A program made the position numbers and the translations under genes. Below the pieces are notes generated by a model that was not told the origin of the DNA, ran no database searches, and saw only the letters and a list, made by a program, of their open reading frames with translations. A stretch of DNA of 53,763 bases from an uncultured Clostridium sp. (GTDB taxonomy: Bacteria; Bacillota; Clostridia; Ch29). Location of the stretch: positions 1,536 through 55,298 of the forward strand of contig CAZGUG010000005.1 of NCBI GenBank assembly GCA_964529035.1. The letters run 5' to 3'. The stretch's first letter is position 1. Every line of letters starts with the position of its first letter. Below are positions 29,255-38,898 of the stretch, piece by piece.

Positions 29255-31188
29255 TTGGCAGGGTACTGGGAAACAGGTACGAAATAGTGGAAAAAATCGG
29301 CAGCGGCGGCATGTCGCATGTATACAAAGCCCGGTGCGGATTATTGAACAGATATGTTGCGGTAAAGATACTGAGACCTGAATTTACCAGTGATGAAAGT
29401 TTTGTCAAAAAATTCAGACAGGAGTCCCAGGCAGCGGCAAGCCTGTCCCACCAGAATATTGTGAGTATTTATGATGTGGGAGTAGACCAGGATACTTACT
29501 ATATTGTAATGGAGTACATTGAAGGTAAAACGCTGAAGCAGCTTATCAGGGAAAAACGGCGTATGCAGCCTGCGGAAGTTGCGGGAATAGCGCGGCAGAT
29601 TTGCAGGGCCCTTGTACACGCCCACAATAACCATATAATACACAGGGATATAAAACCCCATAATATTATGGTGACAAAGGAAGGCACGGCCAAGGTCATG
29701 GATTTCGGTATAGCAAGGGCGGTAACCAGTTCAACCGTTACCAATACCGGCAGTGTCATTGGATCGGTGCATTACTTTTCGCCCGAGCAGGCGCGCGGTG
29801 GATACGTTGACGAAAAATCCGACCTTTATTCCCTTGGTATAGTCATGTATGAAATGGCAACCGGTAAGGTACCCTTCGAGGGGGAAAGCCCGATATCAAT
29901 AGCGTTAAAACATTTGCAGGAAACGGTAACGCCGCCGGCTGAAATAACAGATGATGTTCCGGCGGGCCTTGAACAGATAATAATGAAAGCAATACAAAAG
30001 GACCCGGGCAGCCGGTATGAAACCGCCGGGGAGATGTTGGCGGATTTGAATGCCTTTATAAAAAACAACGACATAGTATTCGAAGGTATAAGCATTGAAG
30101 ATAAAAGCAGTCCCACCCTGGTTATGCCTGTCGTTGGGGACAATGATACCAAGAACCGGATAATAAAGGATGACGGCAGCGGTGAGATGGACAATAAACA
30201 AAAAAGGAAAATGAGCAAAAAGAAACTGTACATTTCAATAGCGGTAATACTGCTTGCCCTTGTGGCGTTGGGATATGGAGGCAGTATACTTATCAGAAAT
30301 ATGTTGTTTGTTAAGACGGTTGAGGTTCCCTATATAGAGGGAAAAACAGAAGAAGAGGCAGAGGAGGAGCTTCAGGGGCTGGGCCTGGAAATGGAAGTGA
30401 GGGAGAGACAGAACAATCATACTTTCCCGGCAGGCACAATAATATCACAGCATCCAAAGGCGGGAACCGAAAACAAGGTAAATAACCCGGTGCTGGTTAT
30501 TGTCAGCCTGGGAGCCGAAAAAACAGAAGTGCCGTACCTGATAAACTTAAGTTCCGCCGAAGCACAGGCTAAGCTGCAGCAGGCAGGGCTGGCAGACGGA
30601 GAAATAAAGACCAGGTTTAGCGAAACGGTTACCGTCGGGGTTGTAATGGATCAGAGTCCCAAACCCGGAATTATGGTGGACGAGGGTACGCCGGTGGACC
30701 TTGTAATAAGCTCGGGACCGGACATTAAATCGACCATCGTTCCTTCAGTGATGGGACTTCCTTTGCAGACGGCAAGGACCAGGATACAAAATGCCGGCAT
30801 GATAGTGGGGGATGAATATCCCCAGGAAAGTGCCGTTGTGCCTGATGGTTATATTATAAGTCAAAGTATTCCTCCCAACACCGAAGTGGAGGAGGGTGCG
30901 TCGATAGGGCTTTGGGTGAGCACCGGCAGTAAACCACCCGAGCCGGTCCAGCCGGTAGAAGGCACAAAGGTACTTACCATAAACCTCCCGGAAGGCAGCA
31001 GGGATGTTAAGGTTACGGTGAAAAAATACCAGGACGGTGTAGAGGAAACTGAATACCAGAGACGGCATGACGCGTCGGAAGGGCCTTTAAAGGTGGAGAT
31101 TACCGGAAAGGGTGAAATTAGGGTAGTGGTTCTGTTTGACGATGTCAAGCAGTGGGAAGATGTAATAGATTTCGGCAAGGAGGGTTAG
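29251..31188 (+). CDS. prkC: PASTA-domain Ser/Thr kinase PrkC/PknB
   Basis: IGSGGMS, VAVK, HRDIKPHN, DFGIA and SPEQARG; TM; three PASTA repeats; ATGA overlap with prpC. Confidence 0.96.
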   Translation: MIGRVLGNRYEIVEKIGSGGMSHVYKARCGLLNRYVAVKILRPEFTSDESFVKKFRQESQAAASLSHQNIVSIYDVGVDQDTYYIVMEYIEGKTLKQLIREKRRMQPAEVAGIARQICRALVHAHNNHIIHRDIKPHNIMVTKEGTAKVMDFGIARAVTSSTVTNTGSVIGSVHYFSPEQARGGYVDEKSDLYSLGIVMYEMATGKVPFEGESPISIALKHLQETVTPPAEITDDVPAGLEQIIMKAIQKDPGSRYETAGEMLADLNAFIKNNDIVFEGISIEDKSSPTLVMPVVGDNDTKNRIIKDDGSGEMDNKQKRKMSKKKLYISIAVILLALVALGYGGSILIRNMLFVKTVEVPYIEGKTEEEAEEELQGLGLEMEVRERQNNHTFPAGTIISQHPKAGTENKVNNPVLVIVSLGAEKTEVPYLINLSSAEAQAKLQQAGLADGEIKTRFSETVTVGVVMDQSPKPGIMVDEGTPVDLVISSGPDIKSTIVPSVMGLPLQTARTRIQNAGMIVGDEYPQESAVVPDGYIISQSIPPNTEVEEGASIGLWVSTGSKPPEPVQPVEGTKVLTINLPEGSRDVKVTVKKYQDGVEETEYQRRHDASEGPLKVEITGKGEIRVVVLFDDVKQWEDVIDFGKEG

Positions 31189-31189
31189 G

Positions 31190-32095
31190 ATGCAGCAGGG
31201 CAGGATTATAAAGGGAATAGGAGGTTTTTATTATGTAAGTACCGACCTTGGGCTTATTGAATGCAAGCCAAGGGGTATTTTCCGAAAAAACGGCCTTATT
31301 CCCCTTGTGGGAGACAAGGTAACCATTTCCCTTATCAGGGGCAGTGACAAACAGGGAGTGATAGAAAAAATACTGCCCAGGGAAAGCCTGCTGCTGCGTC
31401 CCAGTGTGGCAAACGTCAATCAGTGTGTTATAGTATCATCAATAAACAGGCCAAAACCGGATTTGCTGCTGCTTGACAGGCTGTTGGTGCTGGTGCAGGT
31501 GAACGGCCTGGGGGCTATTGTGTGCTTTAACAAGATGGACCTTGACATAAAGGGAGAATACGACCAAGCGATGAACGTATACAACCGTGCCGGGTACCAA
31601 GTACTGCGTACCAGTACAAAAACCGGAGTGGGGATAGAGGATTTGAGGGAAAAGTTAAGGGATAAGATTTCAGTGTTTGCAGGCATGTCAGGCGTGGGTA
31701 AAAGCAGCCTGATGAACAAGCTGCAGCCGCAGCTTTTGCTTAAGATCGGAAAAGTGAGCGACAGGCTGAGAAGGGGCAAACATACAACCCGTCATACACA
31801 GCTTATAGAGCTTGAAAGTGGAGGTATGGTGGTTGACACTCCGGGTTTCAGTTCCTTAAGCCTTGGAGCGGTAAAGGAACTGTCGGATATGGATGAAAGC
31901 GCACTGGGTCATTTTTACCCGGAATTCAGGGAGCATTTGGGAAAGTGCCGGTTTACAGGATGCAGGCACCTCAAAGAGCCCGGATGTTCGGTGAAGGACG
32001 CGGTGGAAAAGGGTGATGTTGCGTCCTTAAGATACAAAAATTACGTCAAGCTTCTGGAAGAACTTATGGAGAGTAGGAGGAGAAGATATGACTAA
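31190..32095 (+). CDS. rsgA: Ribosome small subunit GTPase RsgA/CpgA
   Basis: NKMD, GMSGVGKSS, GKHTT, DTPGF and CRFTGCRHLKEPGC motifs. Confidence 0.96.
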   Translation: MQQGRIIKGIGGFYYVSTDLGLIECKPRGIFRKNGLIPLVGDKVTISLIRGSDKQGVIEKILPRESLLLRPSVANVNQCVIVSSINRPKPDLLLLDRLLVLVQVNGLGAIVCFNKMDLDIKGEYDQAMNVYNRAGYQVLRTSTKTGVGIEDLREKLRDKISVFAGMSGVGKSSLMNKLQPQLLLKIGKVSDRLRRGKHTTRHTQLIELESGGMVVDTPGFSSLSLGAVKELSDMDESALGHFYPEFREHLGKCRFTGCRHLKEPGCSVKDAVEKGDVASLRYKNYVKLLEELMESRRRRYD

Positions 32096-32756
32096 ACTGG
32101 CTCCGTCTTTGCTTTCGGCCGATTTTGCCAGACTGGAAGATGGGATTGAAGCGGCTGAAAAGGGAGGGGCGGATTGGATACATATCGACGTGATGGACGG
32201 GCATTTCGTTCCCAACATTACAATAGGGCCCCCTGTAATAAGCAGCATAAGAAGGGTTTCCCGGCTGCCCTTTGACGTTCATCTGATGATTGAGAACGCC
32301 GACAGGTACCTGGAGGATTTTGCAGGTGCCGGCGCCGATATTGTTACGGTTCATTGGGAGGCCTGCAAACATATACACAGAACCGTTTCAAAGATTAAGG
32401 AACTGGGCAAAAAGGCCGGTATATCCATAAACCCGGCAACCCCGGTGGACGTTCTGAAAAATATGCTTGCCGAGGCGGACCTTGTTCTGCTGATGAGCGT
32501 GAATCCCGGTTTCGGGGGGCAAAGATTTATACCTATGGTTTTGGACAAGATAGAAAGGCTTAAAAAACTCAGGGAAGAGGGCAGATACCGTTTCGAAATA
32601 GAGGTGGACGGAGGTATTAACCTTGACAATGCAAAAGAAGTGATAAAGGCGGGTGCTACGGTTCTGGTGGCCGGATCCTCCATATATGCATCCAATGCGG
32701 TGGAGGACAGAGTACGCCGGTTTAAAAGTATAATGGATGGTGGAATGCGATTATGA
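32088..32756 (+). CDS. rpe: Ribulose-phosphate 3-epimerase
   Basis: HIDVMDGHFVPN, DVHLM, MSVNPGFGGQ and VDGG motifs. Confidence 0.97.
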   Translation: MTKLAPSLLSADFARLEDGIEAAEKGGADWIHIDVMDGHFVPNITIGPPVISSIRRVSRLPFDVHLMIENADRYLEDFAGAGADIVTVHWEACKHIHRTVSKIKELGKKAGISINPATPVDVLKNMLAEADLVLLMSVNPGFGGQRFIPMVLDKIERLKKLREEGRYRFEIEVDGGINLDNAKEVIKAGATVLVAGSSIYASNAVEDRVRRFKSIMDGGMRL

Positions 32757-33379
32757 CCGCAGCAATCATATGTAACGGCAGCATATCCGATTTTGATTAT
32801 CACAGAAGGCTGGTAAAGGACTGCAGCCTGATAATTTGTGCCGATGGCGGAGCCCTTTATGCTAAAAAGATGAACATTAATCCCCATGTTATTATTGGGG
32901 ATTTTGATTCCTGCAAGAGAGAGTATGCCGACAGTTTTACAGGTGCGAAGGTTATTGGTTTTCCTTCCGAAAAGGATGAGACGGATGCCCACCTGGCTGT
33001 GGAATATGCCCTCTCACAGGGAGAAAAACATATAATACTGCTTGGTGCAATAGGTACTCGGCTGGACCATACCCTTGTAAATCTAGGATTGCTTCAAACC
33101 ATTAAAGCGGCAGGCGGAAAGGGAGAAATAATAAACGAGTATAACCGGGTGAGCATGGTAGAAGGCAGTGACCGTGTCAAAGGAAAGGGAGCGCTGGTTT
33201 CGCTTGTTCCCTTTGGCGGAGATGTCAGGGGGTTAACCCTAAGGGGTTTTAAATATCCCCTTGAGGATTTTACACTGAGAATGGGGTCTTCCAGAGGAGT
33301 GAGTAATGTGCTTTTGGAAGATACCGGGTATATTAGCGTACGGGATGGCACGCTGCTTATGATACAGTCCAGGGATTAA
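32753..33379 (+). CDS. thiN: Thiamine pyrophosphokinase
   Basis: ADGG, GDFDS, EKDETD, GTRLDH and SN motifs; rpe-thiN synteny. Confidence 0.94.
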   Translation: MTAAIICNGSISDFDYHRRLVKDCSLIICADGGALYAKKMNINPHVIIGDFDSCKREYADSFTGAKVIGFPSEKDETDAHLAVEYALSQGEKHIILLGAIGTRLDHTLVNLGLLQTIKAAGGKGEIINEYNRVSMVEGSDRVKGKGALVSLVPFGGDVRGLTLRGFKYPLEDFTLRMGSSRGVSNVLLEDTGYISVRDGTLLMIQSRD

Positions 33380-33501
33380 ACTTAAAATTTCGAGTGTCAA
33401 ATATAAGGCTTCCTGAATACCATAGTATAAGGGAGCTTTTGTTTTGTTCCTAAACTAAACGGTTCCCGATAATCAGCGATAGTGGTTGGGAGGAGGAGGT
33501 T

Positions 33502-33660
33502 TTGAGAAAAAGGTTTCACCTGAGGAAGATAATAGGAGCAGCGGCGGTTACAGCGGGGGTGTTATTGATTATAATTTTTGTACCACCATGGGTCTGGTAT
33601 ATAATACTTGCTGCCCTGCTGGTTATGTTTGTCTATACACTGGGGTGCATATACCTTTGA
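33502..33660 (+). CDS. Small two-TM membrane protein (52 aa), not in ORF track
   Basis: GGAGGAGGAGG RBS, TTG start, MRKRFHLRKIIGAAAVTAGVLLIIIFVPPWVWYIILAALLVMFVYTLGCIYL. Confidence 0.7.
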   Translation: MRKRFHLRKIIGAAAVTAGVLLIIIFVPPWVWYIILAALLVMFVYTLGCIYL

Positions 33661-33701
33661 TACATAGCGAGTGGTTTAAACCTTTGCGGAGGTGCAAAAA
33701 A

Positions 33702-33854
33702 GTGCCCAAACGCATATGCAAAAAGAACGCAAGTTTGATAGTGACAGCATTTATTCTGGGTATAATAACCAGCATTATAATGCCCGGGTGGTGGTGGGTC
33801 CTAATAACAGGGGTAGTGCTTGTAGCGGCAGGCTGTAAGATACTGATGGATTGA
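33702..33854 (+). CDS. Small two-TM membrane protein (50 aa)
   Basis: GGAGGTG RBS 7 nt before GTG; MPKRICKKNASLIVTAFILGIITSIIMPGWWWVLITGVVLVAAGCKILMD (3' part of the listed 33486..33854 ORF). Confidence 0.7.
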   Translation: MPKRICKKNASLIVTAFILGIITSIIMPGWWWVLITGVVLVAAGCKILMD

Positions 33855-33878
33855 TTATTGCAGGAGGAGGTGCCGGGT

Positions 33879-33959
33879 ATGAAAATTTTTGTACTGAAAC
33901 CGCCAAAATTTATAAGCAGCTTCTTAAAGAAGGTCTTTAGAGTTAAAAGGACAGATTAG
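33879..33959 (+). CDS. spoVM: Stage V sporulation protein M (26 aa), not in ORF track
   Basis: AGGAGGAGGTG RBS; MKIFVLKPPKFISSFLKKVFRVKRTD resembles B. subtilis SpoVM (Pro9, PKF, amphipathic helix); conserved position between thiN and convergent rpmB. Confidence 0.88.
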   Translation: MKIFVLKPPKFISSFLKKVFRVKRTD

Positions 33960-34021
33960 GTGCTTTATGGTAAAAGTATAAAAACGTGCCGAGTTAACTG
34001 TGCTCTGCACGTTTTTGCATA

Positions 34022-34213
34022 CTATACCGTACGCTCTACTTTTCCTGATCGGAGGCAGCGGGTACATACATAAATACTCCTTGGAGTACCGTCTACCACT
34101 GCTTTTACTTTCTGAATATTGGGGCTCCAACGCCTTTTTGAATGTCTGTTTGAATGGCTTACTTTGCTGCCTGCCTGCCGTTCTTTGTTGCATACATAGC
34201 AAACCGTGGCCAT
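34022..34213 (-). CDS. rpmB: 50S ribosomal protein L28 (Cys-containing form)
   Basis: CYVC...GSKVSHSNRHSKRRWSPNIQ...VCTRCLRSGKV; GGAGGTG RBS. Confidence 0.96.
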   Translation of the reverse strand: MATVCYVCNKERQAGSKVSHSNRHSKRRWSPNIQKVKAVVDGTPRSIYVCTRCLRSGKVERTV

Positions 34214-34241
34214 GAAAACACCTCCTCTACAAAACACTAAT

Positions 34242-34270
34242 ATTTTAACATACAACCTTAGTATTGGCAA
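34242..34270 (-). promoter_or_regulatory. Sigma-A promoter of rpmB
   Basis: Minus strand TTGCCA-17 nt-TAAAAT with extended -10 TG. Confidence 0.65.
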
Positions 34271-34368
34271 CAATAGGAGTTATTATTTTGCACCTTCTTC
34301 TTTATTGTAAAAAGTCCGGCTATAATATAGAATATAAATATCCTATTCATTGGTTAGGAGGTTTTTAT

Positions 34369-34719
34369 ATGACATCAAGAATAGATAATGAATTGGGCAG
34401 TATATGCATAAACGACGATGTTCTCGCCAATATTGCGGGAATGGCAACCGTGGAATGCTACGGCCTTGTGGGAATGGCTTCAAGAAGCAGTGCGGACGGA
34501 ATTGTGGAGCTTCTAAAAAAGGAGCACCTGAGCAAGGGTGTAAAGGTATATATAGAAGAAGACAAACTGATTATCGATCTGTATATAGTTGTGGAGTTTG
34601 GAACCAAGATTTCCGCCGTTGCACAAAATATTATCGACAAGGTCAGGTATTCGGTAGAAACAATGACCGGGATCGAGGTAAAAAAGGTTAACATCAACGT
34701 TAAGGGTGTCCGGGTTTAG
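34369..34719 (+). CDS. yloU: Asp23/Gls24 family protein YloU
   Basis: IAGMATVECYGLVGMAS...LSKGVKV...FGTKISAVA...VKGVRV; AGGAGG RBS. Confidence 0.93.
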   Translation: MTSRIDNELGSICINDDVLANIAGMATVECYGLVGMASRSSADGIVELLKKEHLSKGVKVYIEEDKLIIDLYIVVEFGTKISAVAQNIIDKVRYSVETMTGIEVKKVNINVKGVRV

Positions 34720-34739
34720 GAACCAAGGGGGGGACAGAA

Positions 34740-36341
34740 TTGGATAAAGACAAAAGCATAAACGGAAGTACTCTCAAAAAGATGTTTATAAATGCCGCAA
34801 ACACGCTGGACAATAACAGGGGAATAATAGATTCGCTGAACGTTTTCCCGGTCCCGGACGGTGATACCGGAACCAATATGTCACTGACCATGTTTTCCGC
34901 CGTTGAAGAGCTAAACCGGCTGGACAAAGAAAACATAAACAATGTGGCGGAGGCAGTGGCAAACGGGCTTCTCATGGGTGCCAGGGGCAACTCCGGAGTA
35001 ATCCTTTCCCAGTTGTTCAGAGGATTTGCCGCAGGGCTAAAAACCTGCAGCGTTCTTGACACCACAACCTTTGCCAATGCACTGGCCCAGGGTGTTGAAA
35101 TGGCCTATAAGGCGGTCATGAAACCCACAGAGGGCACTATACTTACGGTGGCGAGGGAGACGGCAGACAGGGCAAAGGAGATATGCGAAAGTGTCAGGTC
35201 CTTTGATGTATTTTTGGAAGAGATGATAAAACAGTCGACATCTACGCTTGAAAAAACTCCGGAGATGCTGAAAGTGCTGGCGCAGGCAGGGGTAGTGGAT
35301 GCCGGCGGGAAGGGATTTGTTTACATATTGCTGGGGTTTTTAAAGACAATCAGGGGAGAGGAGATTGTACTTAACGGTCAAAACCGGCTTGCACCCGTTG
35401 AAGATACGACTGAAGCGGAAGAAGAGGAGCTTTTGTTTCCTTACTGTACCGAGTTTATTATAAAGAGGCCCGCCGGGACTCCCGAACAGCTTAAACAATC
35501 ACTTATGGGTATCGGCGATTCCACCCTGGTGGTAGGAGACGAGCGGGTAATAAAGGTACACATTCATACCGATCAGCCGGACAGGGTACTGGAGGAAGGG
35601 CTTAAACTGGGCGAGCTTTCCAAAATCAAGATAGACAATATGAAGGAACAGCATCGGACCACTATAGAAAACGAGACCAGGCAAAAGGAATTCGGTATTA
35701 TCAGCGTCGCGGTAGGTGACGGGTTCAGGGATTTATTCAGGGATTTGGGTGTCGACAGGGTTATAGAGGGTGGACAAACCATGAACCCGAGCACCCAGGA
35801 TATAATAAAAGCCATAGACAGCATCGGGGCAAAAAACATTTTTATACTGCCCAACAACGGTAATGTCATACTGGCGGCAAACCAGGCGAAGGAACTGTCC
35901 GACAAAAATGTCCTGGTACTGCCTTCAAAATCAATACCCCAGGGAATATCGGCGATGATTGCGTTTAACGCCATGCGCAGTGCAGAGGAAAACTATCAAG
36001 AAATGGTATCAGCGTTAAACACGGTTAGAACCGGGCAGGTAACATATGCGGTAAGGGATTCGGTATTTGACGGCATGAACATGAATGAGGGGGACATAAT
36101 AGGTATCGCCGATGAAAGGATTATAGGCAAGGGAACGGATGTGGACCGGGTGGCTTTCGAACTGGCTTTAAATCTCATAAGTGACGACTGTGAAGTATTC
36201 ACGGTATTCTACGGTCAGCAGGTTGAAAAACAGCAGGCGGCCTGGTTGGCAGAAAAGTTAAAAGAAAAGCAGCCGGACTGCGAGGTGGAAGTCCATTACG
36301 GGGGGCAGCCGGTGTACTATTATGTGTTTGCTGCAGAATAG
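34740..36341 (+). CDS. fakA: DAK2-domain fatty acid kinase subunit A (FakA/YloV)
   Basis: LNVFPVPDGDTGTNM, GARGNSGVILSQ, EGTILTV, YCTEF, GGQTMNPS and GGQPVY motifs. Confidence 0.93.
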   Translation: MDKDKSINGSTLKKMFINAANTLDNNRGIIDSLNVFPVPDGDTGTNMSLTMFSAVEELNRLDKENINNVAEAVANGLLMGARGNSGVILSQLFRGFAAGLKTCSVLDTTTFANALAQGVEMAYKAVMKPTEGTILTVARETADRAKEICESVRSFDVFLEEMIKQSTSTLEKTPEMLKVLAQAGVVDAGGKGFVYILLGFLKTIRGEEIVLNGQNRLAPVEDTTEAEEEELLFPYCTEFIIKRPAGTPEQLKQSLMGIGDSTLVVGDERVIKVHIHTDQPDRVLEEGLKLGELSKIKIDNMKEQHRTTIENETRQKEFGIISVAVGDGFRDLFRDLGVDRVIEGGQTMNPSTQDIIKAIDSIGAKNIFILPNNGNVILAANQAKELSDKNVLVLPSKSIPQGISAMIAFNAMRSAEENYQEMVSALNTVRTGQVTYAVRDSVFDGMNMNEGDIIGIADERIIGKGTDVDRVAFELALNLISDDCEVFTVFYGQQVEKQQAAWLAEKLKEKQPDCEVEVHYGGQPVYYYVFAAE

Positions 36342-36366
36342 GCTTCATCATGTTTGAGGTGAAAAA

Positions 36367-38430
36367 ATGAGCGTTCTTAAGCAGCAGGTTTCATGTTTAA
36401 AGGGAGTAGGGCCAAAAAAACAAAAATACTTAGAGGCAGCGGGAATTGAAAGCTTAATGGATTTACTCTACTATTTTCCCAGGGAATATGAAGACAGAAC
36501 CCGCTCATATCCTGTAGCGGGACTGCCCCATGGCGAAAGGGCGGGCACCAGGGCACGGGTTGCGGGACGGGCCAGTACAAAACGCATTAAAAAGGGCTAT
36601 ACAATTACCAGAATACCGATCTCGGACGGCAGCGGCAGAGGTTTCGCCGTGTGGTTCAATAATCCCTACACCGCAAAACAGCTGAGGGAAAATACCCTTT
36701 ACGACTTTTACGGGCGAATAGACCGGCGGTGGGGAGAATTGCAGATACAGAATCCAAGCGTAAAAGCAGCAGGCAACACGGCGGAGTACAGGGGCGGCAT
36801 AACCCCGATATATCCAAGGCATGGAAGACTTGAAACAAGGGACTTTGAAAAAATGATTTCAAAGGCCCTTGATATTGCCACAGGAAAGGTTGAAGATATA
36901 TTTCCGGAAGGCTTTAGAAGGCAGTACGGCCTGGAGGAAATCAACCTTTGCCTTAAAAACATACATTTCCCGGTCAATGCAGAAAGCCTTGAAATGGCGA
37001 GATTCAGGCTGGCCTTTGAAGAACTGTTTTTGCTGCAGCTGGGACTTTTTATTGTGAAAAAGCAAATAACCGGCGGCAGAAAGGGGATTATGTTTGCACC
37101 GGTGCCCGAGGAAGAAAGACTGGTTGGTCTTTTGCCGTATACCCTTACAGCAGCCCAGGTGAATGCGTGGAACGAGGTAAAGAGGGACATGGAGAGCGGC
37201 ACCGTGATGAACAGGCTGCTTCAGGGGGACGTGGGTTCGGGTAAAACCGTCATAGCTGCTCTGACACTTTTAAAGGCGGCTGCCAACGGATACCAGGGGG
37301 CATTGATGGTACCGACCGAAATACTGGCGGAACAACATTTTAAAACTATAAGCAGGATGTTTTCTCATTTTAATACCAGCGTTGAACTGCTGACAGGTAG
37401 CTGCAGTGCAGCGCAGCGCAGCGGAATTTACCACCGGATACAAAACGGTCAAACAGATATAGTGATAGGAACCCATTCCCTTATCCAGGAAGGACTTGGA
37501 TTTTCAAGACTGGGTGTAGTGATTACCGATGAACAGCACAGGTTCGGAGTACGCCAGAGGTCCTACCTGGCCTCAAAGGGCGGCGCCCCGGACGTTCTGG
37601 TTATGACGGCAACGCCTATACCAAGGTCCCTTGCACTAATACTGTACGGTGACATGGATATATCGGTTATAGACCGGATGCCTCCCGGAAGAAAGAGGGT
37701 GGAGACCTATGTTGTGGGTGAAAGGGCAAGGGATAGGGCCTATGGATTTGTACTTAAACAGATTAAGGAAGGAAGACAGGCGTATGTTGTATGTCCTTTG
37801 ATAGAGGAATCCGACAGCATTGATGCGGTATCTGCAGAAGAAGTATACCGGGACATTATTGGTAAGTTTTTTAAAGGATACAGGGTGGCTCTTGTACACG
37901 GGCGGATTTCCGGGCAGGACAAGGAAAGAATTATGAAGGATTTCAGGGACGGGAAAATTGATATTTTGGTTTCCACTACGGTAATAGAGGTCGGGGTGGA
38001 TGTGCCCAACGCCAATATAATGGTAGTTGAGAATTCCGAAAGGTTCGGTCTGGCGCAGCTTCATCAGTTGAGGGGCAGAGTGGGGCGGGGCACGCATCAG
38101 TCCTATTGTATTCTTTTAAGTGGGGGCGGAGGCAAAATTGCCAGGCAGCGGCTTAGGACAATGGCGGATTGTGCCGATGGTTTTATCATATCCGAAAGGG
38201 ACCTGGAATTAAGGGGGCCGGGGGACATTTTCGGAATAAGGCAGCACGGGCTGCCCGAGATTAGGATAGCAAGTCTGCCCCGGGACATGGAAATATTAAA
38301 AATAGTTCAGTCTGCGGCGCAGGAAGCGGTTAACTATCCGGAGCTGTTTGATGACAAAAAATGGAATGGTTTGTTGGAGAGAATCGACGAGTTTTTCGGC
38401 GGAAGACAAATAACGGCAGGCACAATTTAA
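36367..38430 (+). CDS. recG: ATP-dependent DNA helicase RecG
   Basis: QGDVGSGKT, DEQHRFG, MTATPIPR, QLRGRVGRG and DLELRGPG motifs. Confidence 0.97.
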   Translation: MSVLKQQVSCLKGVGPKKQKYLEAAGIESLMDLLYYFPREYEDRTRSYPVAGLPHGERAGTRARVAGRASTKRIKKGYTITRIPISDGSGRGFAVWFNNPYTAKQLRENTLYDFYGRIDRRWGELQIQNPSVKAAGNTAEYRGGITPIYPRHGRLETRDFEKMISKALDIATGKVEDIFPEGFRRQYGLEEINLCLKNIHFPVNAESLEMARFRLAFEELFLLQLGLFIVKKQITGGRKGIMFAPVPEEERLVGLLPYTLTAAQVNAWNEVKRDMESGTVMNRLLQGDVGSGKTVIAALTLLKAAANGYQGALMVPTEILAEQHFKTISRMFSHFNTSVELLTGSCSAAQRSGIYHRIQNGQTDIVIGTHSLIQEGLGFSRLGVVITDEQHRFGVRQRSYLASKGGAPDVLVMTATPIPRSLALILYGDMDISVIDRMPPGRKRVETYVVGERARDRAYGFVLKQIKEGRQAYVVCPLIEESDSIDAVSAEEVYRDIIGKFFKGYRVALVHGRISGQDKERIMKDFRDGKIDILVSTTVIEVGVDVPNANIMVVENSERFGLAQLHQLRGRVGRGTHQSYCILLSGGGGKIARQRLRTMADCADGFIISERDLELRGPGDIFGIRQHGLPEIRIASLPRDMEILKIVQSAAQEAVNYPELFDDKKWNGLLERIDEFFGGRQITAGTI

Positions 38431-38451
38431 TAACAGCAGCAATAATTGTTA

Positions 38452-38480
38452 GTTTAAAAAACACCTCCTTGTACAAACTA
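38452..38480 (+). promoter_or_regulatory. Putative forespore (sigma-G/sigma-F) promoter of SASP gene 1
   Basis: GTTTA-17 nt-CAAACTA; same layout as upstream of SASP gene 2. Confidence 0.55.
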
Positions 38481-38511
38481 AAAATAGAATCTGTGACAGG
38501 AGGTGAAATTT

Positions 38512-38760
38512 TTGGACAATATAACAGGAAGACTGGGCGGCGGAGGAACCACGGGAGGTAATACAGGCACAAAGCGTACCGTTTACCCGGAAGCCAGAGA
38601 AGCCCTGGACAGAATGAAGTTTGAAGTAGCTACGCAGTTGGGAGTTAACCTTAAGGATGGTTACAACGGAGACCTTAAAGCCCGTGATGCAGGATCCGTT
38701 GGAGGGATTATGGTTAGAAGAATGATTGAACAGGTGGAAAGGCAAATGAGCGGTAAGTAG
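38512..38760 (+). CDS. Alpha/beta-type small acid-soluble spore protein
   Basis: PEAREALDRMKFEVATQLGV...NGDL...GSVGGIMVRRMI; TTG start 6 nt after AGGAGGTG; Gly/Thr-rich N-terminal extension. Confidence 0.93.
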   Translation: MDNITGRLGGGGTTGGNTGTKRTVYPEAREALDRMKFEVATQLGVNLKDGYNGDLKARDAGSVGGIMVRRMIEQVERQMSGK

Positions 38761-38770
38761 CTATATACTT

Positions 38771-38799
38771 AAAAAGGAACGGTTTTTCCGTTCCTTTTT
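38771..38799 (+). terminator. Terminator after SASP gene 1
   Basis: AAAAAGGAACGG-TTTTT-CCGTTCCTTTTT. Confidence 0.85.
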
Positions 38800-38836
38800 G
38801 GCTGCAGTCAAGAAATTAATATTGAAATAATTTCTA

Positions 38837-38865
38837 GTTTAAAATAAACCTTAGTGGTTAAATTA
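38837..38865 (+). promoter_or_regulatory. Putative forespore (sigma-G/sigma-F) promoter of SASP gene 2
   Basis: GTTTA-17 nt-TAAATTA preceded by GGT. Confidence 0.5.
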
Positions 38866-38898
38866 ATATTACAAAGGCGAACAGGAGGTGATACACAA

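Noticed and set aside
33486-33854. Single 122-aa ORF in the track
   Set aside because: Better explained by two RBS-backed small genes in different frames (33502-33660 and 33702-33854)
38440-38470. AAGGAGGTG on the minus strand as RBS of an antisense gene
   Set aside because: No start codon at usable spacing and it would run into recG; treated as an anti-SD instead
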